A DNA stretch of 64,000 bases, taken from contig CAMKOB010000002.1 in NCBI GenBank assembly GCA_946414345.1, forward strand, positions 6,540 through 70,539, read 5' to 3'. Below, piece by piece: positions 6,928-15,717 of this stretch. This stretch comes from an uncultured Candidatus Saccharibacteria bacterium. Lineage in GTDB: Bacteria; Patescibacteriota; Saccharimonadia; Saccharimonadales; Saccharimonadaceae. How positions within the stretch are numbered: position 1 is the stretch's first letter; every line of letters begins with the position of its first letter. Under the pieces are notes generated by a model that worked only from the letters and a program-made list of their open reading frames with translations, was not told where the DNA came from and searched no databases. The translations under genes were made by a program, and so were the position numbers.

Positions 6928-7842
6928 ATGGATAACAACAAAGTTATGATTGTGGGCACTGGTAATGTTGGTGCTTCGATTGCTTATGCTATTACGCAGC
7001 AAAGAACTGCGGTGAATGAGATTATTCTGACGGATGTATTGGCGAAAGATGCTGAAGGTGAGGCGATGGACCTGAATGATGCACTTGCGGTAGCGCCAAG
7101 CTATGTAAAGATTTGGAATGGTATTTACAAGGATGCACATGATTGTGATATTGTTGTGATTGCGGCTGGAGTCCCGCAAAAACCTGGTGAAAGCAGGTTG
7201 CATAATTTACGGAAGAATGCAAATATTTTGCAGGGGATGATTCAGCAGATTATGGCAAGCGGATTTAGTGGCATTTTTTTGGTAGTTACTAATCCGGTAG
7301 ATGTGATGACTTATCTAACGATGAAGTTTTCTGGCTTGCCAAGTGAACAAGTAATTGGCTCTGGTACGTTGTTAGATTCGGCGAGATTGCAAAAACGAAT
7401 TGCTGAGTATTTGAACATTAATCCTAAATCAGTGCATGCTTACCAAGTGGGTGAACATGGTGATTCGGAAGTGACGCTGTGGTCTTTGGCTAATGCGGGA
7501 GGCGCAAAAATCTCCGAGATGTTACCGCGTGAGACTTTGAATGGTATTTCAGATTTTGTGAGAAATGAAGCGTATGATATTACCGAGAAAAAAGGTGCTA
7601 CGCAGTATGGTATTGCGACTTGTGCGGTGCAAATTATTAATTCGATTTTAAATGATGAATTAAGGGTTTTACCGGTTTCGTCATTTGATAGCTTTTCGGA
7701 TACTTATTATGGTTGGCCAACCGTTGTGGGGCGAGAAGGTGTGGTGCGACGTTTGGATGTAAAATTATCGGAAAAGGAGAATATTGATTTGCAAAAATCG
7801 ATAAATGTGTTATCTAAAGCAATTAAATCTGTTAAGATGTGA
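6928..7842 (+). CDS. ldh: L-lactate dehydrogenase
   Basis: Rossmann N-terminus VMIVGTGNVGASIAYA, VVTNPVD, and the catalytic region QVGEHGDSE. 304 aa. Confidence 0.9.
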   Translation: MDNNKVMIVGTGNVGASIAYAITQQRTAVNEIILTDVLAKDAEGEAMDLNDALAVAPSYVKIWNGIYKDAHDCDIVVIAAGVPQKPGESRLHNLRKNANILQGMIQQIMASGFSGIFLVVTNPVDVMTYLTMKFSGLPSEQVIGSGTLLDSARLQKRIAEYLNINPKSVHAYQVGEHGDSEVTLWSLANAGGAKISEMLPRETLNGISDFVRNEAYDITEKKGATQYGIATCAVQIINSILNDELRVLPVSSFDSFSDTYYGWPTVVGREGVVRRLDVKLSEKENIDLQKSINVLSKAIKSVKM

Positions 7843-7885
7843 TATAATATATATAATGATTGTCAAATAAAATAAGGAAGAAAAA

Positions 7886-8725
7886 ATGGAGCCAACAAAT
7901 ACAACAACACCATCAGCAACACCTAATGCGCCGTCTGATTTGCCTTTGCCGCCAGAACTACCTACTCTACCATCGGACCCTCCTGCTTTAAACCCGATTT
8001 CTCCGATGGAACCAGAAGCGCCTGTTGCCCCAGAGGCTCCTGTTGCCCCAGAGGCTCCTGTTGCCCCAGAAGCTCCTGTTGCTCCAGAGGCTCCTGTTGC
8101 CCCGGAGGCGCCTGTTGTTGAACCGGTGGCTCCAGTGGTTCCCGAGGTTCCAGCCGCTGAGCCAGCTGCTCCAGAAGCTCCTGCTGTTGAGCCAACTACT
8201 CCTGAGTCGCCAGCTGCGGCGGCTACAGCTCCAGATTTGTCTGACGTGGTGCCAGAAGCTTCCGCTGTTTTAGAAACACTTCAGACTTCAACTCTTGAGC
8301 AAGCTGTCAGTCCTGATGCACCGGCCGCTTCAATTGAATCGCCCGTTGCGGCTACGCCTGCAGATTCTGGTGCCAATACGTCTTTTGGCGCGATGGACCC
8401 GATTACGATGCCAACTCCGGCTAAAGCTCCAAATCCTGAAGAGGAAGAACTCAAGTCGCCTTTAAAGGCGGCAGAGCCAGTGCCTGGTTCAATTGGTAGT
8501 GCGATTTCGGTTCCATCTGAGACTGGTGCCATTGGTGCGGCTCAGGGTTTACAGACGTCAAGTATGGCCTATAATGATCCCAAGACTCAACAAAATAAAG
8601 CAGACGGTAAGTCGGCAAAAAAGAAAATGAGCAAGAGCACTTTGATACTTTTGGGTGTGCTTGGCGTTGTTGTAATTGTAGTTTTGGTAGTAGTATTAAT
8701 TCAAATGTTGGGTTCGGGCAAATAG
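7886..8725 (+). CDS. Pro/Ala/Glu-rich repeat protein with a single C-terminal TM helix (tail-anchored)
   Basis: AAGGAAG Shine-Dalgarno. Six PEAPVA repeats. C-terminus KKKMSKSTLILLGVLGVVVIVVLVVVLIQML. Confidence 0.7.
   Translation: MEPTNTTTPSATPNAPSDLPLPPELPTLPSDPPALNPISPMEPEAPVAPEAPVAPEAPVAPEAPVAPEAPVAPEAPVVEPVAPVVPEVPAAEPAAPEAPAVEPTTPESPAAAATAPDLSDVVPEASAVLETLQTSTLEQAVSPDAPAASIESPVAATPADSGANTSFGAMDPITMPTPAKAPNPEEEELKSPLKAAEPVPGSIGSAISVPSETGAIGAAQGLQTSSMAYNDPKTQQNKADGKSAKKKMSKSTLILLGVLGVVVIVVLVVVLIQMLGSGK
8012..8119 (+). repeat. Six in-frame tandem copies of an 18-bp unit (CCAGAGGCTCCTGTTGCC-like) encoding PEAPVA
   Basis: Units at 8012, 8030, 8048, 8066, 8084 and 8102, differing by a few synonymous or near-synonymous changes. 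Confidence 0.9.
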
Positions 8726-8737
8726 TTTAGGAGGATA

Positions 8738-10153
8738 ATGAGTAAAGTATATATTACGACGGCAATTCCGTACGTAAATGGTCAGCCACACATTGGACAT
8801 GCGATGGATTATTGTCTTGCGGATGTTTGTGCGCGTTATAATAATTTGATTGGCAATGAAGTGCGCTTGCAGGCTGGTACTGATGAGCATGGTGGGAAGA
8901 TTTTTAAGAAGGCAGAAGAGCTCGGCAAGCCTGTGGAACAGTATGTAGCGGAGAACGCCGAGAAATTTCAAAATTTTATTCATTCTTTGGGGGTAGAATA
9001 TACTGACTTTGTGCGAACTACAGATGAAGAACATCAAAAACGTTGTCAAGAAATCTGGAAGCGACTTGAATCACATATTTATAAGGCGAAGTATGAAGGT
9101 TGGTATTGTACTGGTTGTGAAAGATTCGTGACCGATAAAGAAGTTGAAGAGAATAATGGAGTTTGTCCTGACCATCAGAAACCTTATGAACAGCTTTCGG
9201 AAGAGAACTATTATTTTAGGATTTCGGATTTTAAAGATCAAATTAAGAAGGCGATAGAGTCTGATGAACTGTTGATTTTGCCCGATTTTCGTAAAAAAGA
9301 GATGCTAAAATTGCTTGATGAATCGCCTGATGTTTCGGTTTCGCGTTCGTCTGAACAATTGACTTGGGGTGTACCGGTGCCGGATGATGATTCACAGGTG
9401 ATGTATGTGTGGATAGATGCGCTATCTAACTACCTTACGGTTTTGGGGTATCCGGATGTTACTGTTGAGGATTGGTGGCCTGCGCAGGCTCAATTTGTAG
9501 GTAAGGATATTTTGAGATTTCATGCAATAATATGGCCAGCGATGCTTCTTGGCCTCGGTTTACCTTTGCCACACTATTTAGTATCTCATGGAATGGTGCT
9601 TGCAAATGGCCAAAAGATGTCGAAGTCAATTGGAAACGTGGTTGATCCGATGGAAGTGATTGAAAAACATGGTATAGATGGATTCCGCTATTACTTCTTG
9701 CGTCACATTGATACTTTTGCGGACTCAGATTTTACCTGGGAAAAATTTGATGAAGCATATAATAATGAACTTGCGAATGATTTGGGTAATTTAGTGCAAA
9801 GGCTCGCAACTTTGGCTGCAAAGAATAATTTCAAGCTTAGTGAAGCTTTTAATCCTGAGATTCCGCAGGAATATCGTGAGCTAATGGATAACTTTGAATA
9901 CTCAAAAGCGATGGATTATGTTTGGGAAATATTACAAGGATTAAATCGTCGAATAGATGAGGAAAAACCATGGAGTCTTGCAAAAAATGGTGAAAAAGAA
10001 AAATTGGACATGTGTCTAAAAAATCTTATCTGTAAATTACTTAATGCTAATTATTTGCTTTCTCCGTTTCTGCCCAATGCGACTGAGAAAGTATCGGCAG
10101 TATTTGCTAATCCGATAACACCGCCCGAAATACCTTTGTTTCCAAAACAATAA
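8738..10153 (+). CDS. metG: Methionyl-tRNA synthetase (short form)
   Basis: PYVNGQPHIGHAMD (HIGH), CTGCERF...CPDH zinc knuckle, GQKMSKSIGN (KMSKS). GGAGG Shine-Dalgarno. Confidence 0.95.
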   Translation: MSKVYITTAIPYVNGQPHIGHAMDYCLADVCARYNNLIGNEVRLQAGTDEHGGKIFKKAEELGKPVEQYVAENAEKFQNFIHSLGVEYTDFVRTTDEEHQKRCQEIWKRLESHIYKAKYEGWYCTGCERFVTDKEVEENNGVCPDHQKPYEQLSEENYYFRISDFKDQIKKAIESDELLILPDFRKKEMLKLLDESPDVSVSRSSEQLTWGVPVPDDDSQVMYVWIDALSNYLTVLGYPDVTVEDWWPAQAQFVGKDILRFHAIIWPAMLLGLGLPLPHYLVSHGMVLANGQKMSKSIGNVVDPMEVIEKHGIDGFRYYFLRHIDTFADSDFTWEKFDEAYNNELANDLGNLVQRLATLAAKNNFKLSEAFNPEIPQEYRELMDNFEYSKAMDYVWEILQGLNRRIDEEKPWSLAKNGEKEKLDMCLKNLICKLLNANYLLSPFLPNATEKVSAVFANPITPPEIPLFPKQ

Positions 10154-10185
10154 AAAAATAGCCCCTTTGGTGGGGCTATTTTTTA
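10153..10185. terminator. Bidirectional terminator between convergent metG and the MIP channel gene
   Basis: AAAAA-ATAGCCCC-TTTGGT-GGGGCTAT-TTTTTT, with an A-run and a T-run flanking an 8-bp stem. Confidence 0.75.
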
Positions 10186-11118
10186 TTCTTCGCCGGAAAG
10201 CTTGGAAGTAAAGTCAGATAAGTAGAAGCCGACAACTCCACCAATCATTGGGAAGAGAGCGTAGATTGAGAGTGCTTGGCAAACGCCACCCAAAATCTCG
10301 CCGAAGTTTTCGCCTGCAGTTGGAAAGATTTGAAGCATCAAAGCAGCTGCTGGATTGAATATGAAATTGCCTGTAAGGTTGCCGAAGAATGCTGCGGATA
10401 CAATGTAACCAATGAAGGTTGCTGTTACCATGCCACCTACTACGGTCGTAGCAAAGGTGAATACGCTGCGCTTGTATTTGAGACCACGTGCAAAGAAGAA
10501 TCCGATAATGATAGCGCCCAGTAGCTCCACCATTGTGAAAATCCAGAATTGATTTTCGCCAACAGCGGTCATAGTTGGTACGTCCATTGCTCCTTCGCCG
10601 CCGGCAACATGGAATGAATTAAAAATGAGCCAGCCGAGCCAGGCACCGATAACTTCTGCAATGATATACATGAAGCCACGAATGACTGAGATGCGGCGAG
10701 ATGCCATCATACCCACAACGATTAGTGGGTTGAGGCAAGCACCTGAGAATGCATAAATTGCGATGAAAATTGCAATTAGCGCAAAGGTGTACATTGCCAT
10801 GTTATGGATACCGATTAGTGAGAATGAGAATAGGAGAAGTGTGATGAGTGCTACACCTATAATTTCACCAAGTAGCGCACCGTAGAACTTATGATTTTTG
10901 AAGATAGTGAGAATACTCTCTTTTTCTTCGTATTTTTTAGCAAAGAAACCACTAAGACAGGATTTTTTGGCTTTTGGTGCTGTAGTGACATCTTTTTCTT
11001 CTGTATGGGTTTTGATAGCCTCGGATACTGGCTTTTCGACAGTTTTCGCGGCAGTTTTAGGTTTGGTCGTTTTGGCTTTTGCAGTCTTTGACGACGTCTT
11101 AGGCTTTTTTGTTGCCAT
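10183..11118 (-). CDS. MIP-family channel (aquaporin/glycerol-facilitator-like) with a basic N-terminal extension
   Basis: Multiple hydrophobic helices. Half-motifs SGACLNPLIVVG and GNFIFNPAAAL (NPA boxes). ~70-aa Lys/Thr/Ala-rich N-terminus. Confidence 0.8.
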   Translation of the reverse strand: MATKKPKTSSKTAKAKTTKPKTAAKTVEKPVSEAIKTHTEEKDVTTAPKAKKSCLSGFFAKKYEEKESILTIFKNHKFYGALLGEIIGVALITLLLFSFSLIGIHNMAMYTFALIAIFIAIYAFSGACLNPLIVVGMMASRRISVIRGFMYIIAEVIGAWLGWLIFNSFHVAGGEGAMDVPTMTAVGENQFWIFTMVELLGAIIIGFFFARGLKYKRSVFTFATTVVGGMVTATFIGYIVSAAFFGNLTGNFIFNPAAALMLQIFPTAGENFGEILGGVCQALSIYALFPMIGGVVGFYLSDFTSKLSGEE

Positions 11119-11163
11119 CTTTCCTCCTTAAATAATATTTACTCTATTATAGCACACTATTTA

Positions 11164-11172
11164 TGTTATAAT
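11164..11172 (+). promoter_or_regulatory. Extended -10 (TGTTATAAT) 6 nt upstream of a small ORF
   Basis: TGTTATAAT, then GAAAAA, then the ATG at 11179. Confidence 0.4.
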
Positions 11173-11178
11173 GAAAAA

Positions 11179-11343
11179 ATGGGAATAATGTTGACTAAAG
11201 AAGATGATAAAAACGCTGAATTATCACGGCGAATTAATGCCGATTTGCGCGCAAAGATGGACACGCAATCTAAAATGGAAGACCCGGATTTTGTAGAAGG
11301 TTCGGCTTATATGGAAGACTTTTTGAAGAATATTAAGATATAA
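11179..11343 (+). CDS. Hypothetical 54-aa acidic protein
   Basis: ORF below the track cutoff: MGIMLTKEDDKNAELSRRINADLRAKMDTQSKMEDPDFVEGSAYMEDFLKNIKI. It has the same TATAAT-N6-ATG geometry as neighbouring leaderless genes. No homology recognised. Confidence 0.35.
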   Translation: MGIMLTKEDDKNAELSRRINADLRAKMDTQSKMEDPDFVEGSAYMEDFLKNIKI

Positions 11344-11346
11344 ATA

Positions 11347-11355
11347 TGGTATAAT
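11347..11355 (+). promoter_or_regulatory. Extended -10 (TGGTATAAT) 7 nt upstream of the pheS ATG (leaderless)
   Basis: TGGTATAAT at 11347-11355 and ATG at 11363. Confidence 0.55.
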
Positions 11356-11362
11356 ATAATAT

Positions 11363-12322
11363 ATGAACGAGTTGGAGTCTTTAAAAAAAGAATTAAAGGA
11401 TTTGAATGCGCAATATGCTCAGATTCGTGATATTGCACCAGAGGAGCGGGGAAAATTTGGTCGTGAATTAAATGCACGAAAGATGGCGATATTAGAGAAA
11501 ATTCGTGTTGCTGAGGAGGCCGCGCTTGATGTAGCGGTGGAGCCTCTTGATGTTACGGCGCCATGTGGTGTGAATGAACCTTTGCCAACTACTTATTCGG
11601 TATTTCAGGGTTCTAGACATCCGTTGATGACGGAGCTTGACAGGGTTGTGTCGATTTATCAGATGATGGGCTTTGATGTAGTAGAATCTCGACAACTTGA
11701 CGATGAATTTCATATGTTTGATTCTTTGAATTTTGCTAAGGAACATCCGGCTCGAGATGGTTATGATACTTTTCGTACGGAAGAGGGGTTGATACCACCA
11801 GCGCATACTTCCACAATGCAACATCGGGTACTTAAGATGTATCGTGATAAATTAGCACAAGGTGGAGAAATTGCCGTTGTGGTGCCAGGTAGAGTATATC
11901 GGAATGAAGATGTGGATGCAACGCATGAGCATACTTTTTATCAGTGTGAAGGAGTGTATGTGTCACGTGATTGCACGATGGGCGATATGCTTGGAATTTT
12001 GAGAGAATTCTTTGAAAAATATTATGAACAGAAATTGAACATTCGAACACAGCCTGGCTATTTTCCATTTACGGAACCTTCGCTGGAATTTTTGATTGAA
12101 AAGCCCAAAGCTCTAGGTGGCAAAAAGGGTGATTATTTGGAAATGCTGGGCTGCGGGATGATTCATCCTAATGTTCTAAAAATGGCTGGAATTGATCCGA
12201 ATGAGTATCATGGTTTTGCATGGGGTGGTGGAATTGACAGGTTGGTGATGCTACGCTACGGCTTGATGGACGTGCGACACTTTGAGTCGGGGGATCTCAG
12301 ATTCTTAAGGGAAATTAAATAG
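11363..12322 (+). CDS. pheS: Phenylalanyl-tRNA synthetase alpha subunit
   Basis: Class II motifs HPARDGYDTF, GRVYRNEDVDATHEHTFYQCEG, FPFTEPSLEF, GCGMIHPNVL. Confidence 0.95.
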   Translation: MNELESLKKELKDLNAQYAQIRDIAPEERGKFGRELNARKMAILEKIRVAEEAALDVAVEPLDVTAPCGVNEPLPTTYSVFQGSRHPLMTELDRVVSIYQMMGFDVVESRQLDDEFHMFDSLNFAKEHPARDGYDTFRTEEGLIPPAHTSTMQHRVLKMYRDKLAQGGEIAVVVPGRVYRNEDVDATHEHTFYQCEGVYVSRDCTMGDMLGILREFFEKYYEQKLNIRTQPGYFPFTEPSLEFLIEKPKALGGKKGDYLEMLGCGMIHPNVLKMAGIDPNEYHGFAWGGGIDRLVMLRYGLMDVRHFESGDLRFLREIK

Positions 12323-12335
12323 GGTTAGGAGGAAT

Positions 12336-14711
12336 ATGAGAATATCGTTAAATTGGCTAAAAAAATATGTTTCGGTACCAGTTTCAAATGAAGATTTGAT
12401 ACGTTTAATTGGTGCGAGATTAGTGGAAGTTGAAGGTGTAATTGACGAAAGTGCTAAATATAATAATATTTATGTAGCAAAAGTAGTAAGTGCCGAAAAG
12501 ATACCTGACACACATTTGACTCTTTGTCAAATTTATGTTGGTGATAAAGAAATTGATAAGGTTGAAAAAAATGAAGCTGGTTTGGTGCAAGTGGTGTGCG
12601 GAGCGCCAAATGTACATATTGGGATGTTGGCTGCTTGGATTGCTCCTGGGGCTATCGTACCTGTCTCAGTACATGAAGATGCTCCATTTGTGATTGGCAA
12701 ACGTAAAATGCTTAACAAATATGATTCGTTTGGTATGCTTGCCGGTGCGGACGAGTTGGACTTTGGTGGTGATCATTCGGGGATTGTAGAAATTAATCCA
12801 TCGGAGGCGCAGCCAGGTGATTTGTTGTCGGATGTGTTTGAATTAAACGATTTAATATTGGAGATTGAAAATAAATCTTTAACGCATCGACCGGATTGTT
12901 TTGGTATTATTGGTTTTGCTAGGGAAGTGGCAGGGATTTTGGGTGAGAAGTTTGATGAACCAGAATTCTTGACGGAAGAAAAGGTATTCCCGAAAGGGTT
13001 CTTTGCTAAGTGGGGAAATGGAATTCGGGCTAAGAAATCTGAGCTAACCGTGAATATTGCCAACCCAGAGATTTGTCCGAGATATAGTTGTGCGGTGATT
13101 AAGGTGGTTGAGCCAACTGCAGAAGATAAGTATTTGTCAGAAATGAAGATTCTTTTGGCAAAATCTGGAATGCAAAGTGTTTCAAAGATTGTTGATATCA
13201 CAAATTATTTGATGTTGCTTACTGGGCAGCCGTTGCACGCTTTTGATTACGATAAGTTTTTGGCTGTGGGTGGGAGCGAAAAACCAATTGTTAATGTGAG
13301 ATTGGCGTATGGAGGTGAGACGATTGAACTATTAGACGGCAAAGAAATCGTTTGCGTGCCGAGCGATATTTTAATTACTTCAAATGATGTACCGGTGGCG
13401 ATGGCCGGCGCGATGGGTGGTAAGAATACGGAAATTGACGAAAGCACAAATAATGTGTTGCTTGAGTCAGCGTCGTTTAGCTTGTTTAATCTTCGCAAAA
13501 CGCAGATGGAGCATGGTATTTTTAGTGAAGCGATTACAAGATTTACAAAGGGCGTACCGGCAGGTGGTACATTTAACGTGCTTGCTGAGGCGATTAAGGA
13601 AATTAACGGTAAGCCACTTGATGCTTGCGATGCGTTTGTAGGATGGAAAAAACCTCAGGAGGTAGTCGTTTCGGTGAGCGAAATAAATGCTTTGCTAGGG
13701 ACTGATTATAGCAAAAAGTTGATTATAGAGACGCTTTCTAATGTAGGATTTGATATTGAGAGTAGTGGTGATGTTTTGACGGTTTGGGCAAAAGTTTGGC
13801 GAACGGATATTCATATCAAAGAAGATATCATTGAAGAAGTGGGCAGACTACTTGGATATGATAATATTGAGCCAACGTTGCCGCGTCACGCCACGGCTGA
13901 GAAAAATCGGATGTTGGAATTAAAGTCGCATATTCGTGAAATAATGAAAGAATATGGTGCGAATGAAGTGTTGACTTATAGTTTTGTGAGCGAAAGGTTA
14001 CTGAAGAAGGCTGGTTTGGATGCAAATAATTCATACAAAATTGTGAATTCGATTTCACCGGATTTGCAGTATGTGAGACAAACGATTGTGCCGAGTTTGC
14101 TTGAGAAGGCTTATTTGAATCAGAAGTTGCCAGTAGATAAATTTGCGATTTTTGAAGTGAATAAAGTTTATCAAAAGTGCTGGGGCATGGATGATGAAAA
14201 CGTGCCGGTCGAGAGAATGCAAATGGGCTTTGTAGTAGCAGAACGCAAAACCACTGGTGACGCTTATTATAAGGCAAAATTCTTTGCGGAGAAGATGCTT
14301 GAAGAGCTAAATATTAAGGTGAAGTTTTTGCCACTTCGAAGTTTGGCGGCGGATGCGTTGCCGTTTGAAAATAAGCGGGCGGCTGAGATCTGGACGCTTG
14401 ACGATCAGTATGTTGGTGTGGTGGGTGAGTTTAAAAATTCGGTGCGTAGGAATTTTAAATTGGCGGAATATTTGGCTGGATTTGAGTTGGGTGTTGACTT
14501 AATTAATCAGTTGGCTGGTATTCGTGCGGTAAAAAGTGATTTCGAAGTTAAAGATCAGATTGACGAGACTGTCACAACTGATAAGAAGTATGCTGAAGTT
14601 TTGGCTGAAGTGAGTGGTAAATATCCTAATGCGGTTATCACGCCGGTTTCGATTTATCAGCCAGAAGGCGCTAGTAAAAAGAATATTACTTTTCATATCG
14701 AAAAATACTAA
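12336..14711 (+). CDS. pheT: Phenylalanyl-tRNA synthetase beta subunit
   Basis: MRISLNWLKKYV N-terminus, tRNA-binding domain, B3/4 and B5 regions, 791 aa. GGAGG Shine-Dalgarno directly after pheS. Confidence 0.95.
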   Translation: MRISLNWLKKYVSVPVSNEDLIRLIGARLVEVEGVIDESAKYNNIYVAKVVSAEKIPDTHLTLCQIYVGDKEIDKVEKNEAGLVQVVCGAPNVHIGMLAAWIAPGAIVPVSVHEDAPFVIGKRKMLNKYDSFGMLAGADELDFGGDHSGIVEINPSEAQPGDLLSDVFELNDLILEIENKSLTHRPDCFGIIGFAREVAGILGEKFDEPEFLTEEKVFPKGFFAKWGNGIRAKKSELTVNIANPEICPRYSCAVIKVVEPTAEDKYLSEMKILLAKSGMQSVSKIVDITNYLMLLTGQPLHAFDYDKFLAVGGSEKPIVNVRLAYGGETIELLDGKEIVCVPSDILITSNDVPVAMAGAMGGKNTEIDESTNNVLLESASFSLFNLRKTQMEHGIFSEAITRFTKGVPAGGTFNVLAEAIKEINGKPLDACDAFVGWKKPQEVVVSVSEINALLGTDYSKKLIIETLSNVGFDIESSGDVLTVWAKVWRTDIHIKEDIIEEVGRLLGYDNIEPTLPRHATAEKNRMLELKSHIREIMKEYGANEVLTYSFVSERLLKKAGLDANNSYKIVNSISPDLQYVRQTIVPSLLEKAYLNQKLPVDKFAIFEVNKVYQKCWGMDDENVPVERMQMGFVVAERKTTGDAYYKAKFFAEKMLEELNIKVKFLPLRSLAADALPFENKRAAEIWTLDDQYVGVVGEFKNSVRRNFKLAEYLAGFELGVDLINQLAGIRAVKSDFEVKDQIDETVTTDKKYAEVLAEVSGKYPNAVITPVSIYQPEGASKKNITFHIEKY

Positions 14712-14736
14712 TTTATTTGTTTTTTGATGTTGTTTA

Positions 14737-14745
14737 TGGTAAACT
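14737..14745 (+). promoter_or_regulatory. Extended -10-like element (TGGTAAACT) 6 nt upstream of the ftsE ATG
   Basis: TGGTAAACT at 14737-14745 and ATG at 14752. Confidence 0.4.
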
Positions 14746-14751
14746 TATTTT

Positions 14752-15717
14752 ATGATTTTGTTTGATTCTGTTACGAAAGTTTACCCTGGTGATAAGGAGC
14801 CGGCGCTAGATGACGTGTCGCTTCATATCGAACCAAATGAATTTGTGTTTTTGGTGGGTAAATCTGGTGCTGGCAAATCTACCTTGATGAAGATGATTAC
14901 AAAGGAAGAGGTTCCTGATAACGGGAAGATTATTGTTGGCGGGATTGACCTAGATTATGTAAAAAAACGTCATATCCCTAGCTATCGGCGACGACTTGGG
15001 GTGGTGTTTCAGGATTTTAAGCTTTTGCCGCGACGGACAGTTTATGAGAACGTAGCTTTTGCGCTTGAAATTGCAGGGATGAGCGGTAGAGAGATTCGGA
15101 ATACGGTGCCAAAAGTTTTGGAATTAGTTGATTTGTTAGATCAGGCGCGGAAATTCCCCGATCAGCTTTCTGGTGGACAAATGCAAAGAGTTTCGATTGC
15201 GAGAAGCGTGGCGAGGCAACCTAAGATTTTGATTGCGGATGAGCCGACGGCAAATCTTGATAAGCTGACTACTGAAGAAATTATTGATTTGTTGAAGAAA
15301 ATTAATGATTTTGGTACGACTTTACTTGTAACAACGCACAATGAAAACATTGTTAATAATTTACAAAAGCGTGTGATAACAATGAAGGGGGGCAAGATTA
15401 TAAATGACCAAAAGAGTGGTGGCATATATAAGTTGGATGATGTGCAAGTGCCACAAAAGCCACAAAGAATTATTCAGATACCTGGTCATGCTTTGAAGCA
15501 AGATTTGGCTGTAAGGCCAATTCGGGTAACTGTTACTCCAATGCCAAAACCAGTTACGCCAAAGCCAGTTACGTCAGCGCCGAAGCCGGCTGCCTCGACT
15601 ACCAAAACGGTAGCTTCGAAGCTTACTACTACAGTGTCGAAAACTAGTTCCACGCAAAAGTCTAATTCGACGACGAAGCAGGCGGCCAAAAAGACGACAA
15701 AACGGAGGATAATATAG
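14752..15717 (+). CDS. ftsE: Cell-division ABC ATPase FtsE with a Pro/Thr/Lys-rich C-terminal tail
   Basis: Walker A GKSGAGKST, signature LSGGQMQRVSIARS, Walker B ILIADEPT. ~95-aa tail (PKPVTPKPVTSAPKPA...). Followed by ftsX. Confidence 0.9.
   Translation: MILFDSVTKVYPGDKEPALDDVSLHIEPNEFVFLVGKSGAGKSTLMKMITKEEVPDNGKIIVGGIDLDYVKKRHIPSYRRRLGVVFQDFKLLPRRTVYENVAFALEIAGMSGREIRNTVPKVLELVDLLDQARKFPDQLSGGQMQRVSIARSVARQPKILIADEPTANLDKLTTEEIIDLLKKINDFGTTLLVTTHNENIVNNLQKRVITMKGGKIINDQKSGGIYKLDDVQVPQKPQRIIQIPGHALKQDLAVRPIRVTVTPMPKPVTPKPVTSAPKPAASTTKTVASKLTTTVSKTSSTQKSNSTTKQAAKKTTKRRII

Noticed and set aside
8012-8119. Possible CRISPR-like or regulatory repeat array
   Set aside because: The units are directly adjacent with no spacers, are 18 bp long, and are in frame within a coding region (PEAPVA). 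This is a coding tandem repeat.
8500-8640. VPSETG near the C-terminus of the Pro/Ala-rich protein as a sortase motif
   Set aside because: The spacing does not fit PxTG (it is P-S-E-T-G), and it lies ~40 residues from the TM helix with the basic cluster on the wrong (N-terminal) side of the helix.
8726-8737. T-box or other riboswitch leaders upstream of metG, pheS, leuS and trpS
   Set aside because: The intergenic leaders are 0-13 nt (leaderless, or a bare Shine-Dalgarno), far too short for any structured leader.
12773-14277. Minus-strand ORFs 12773-13201 (142 aa) and 13828-14277 (149 aa) inside pheT, and similar ORFs inside leuS (22426-22860, 23132-23533)
   Set aside because: They are antisense to highly conserved aaRS genes, have no start signals, and no recognisable domains.
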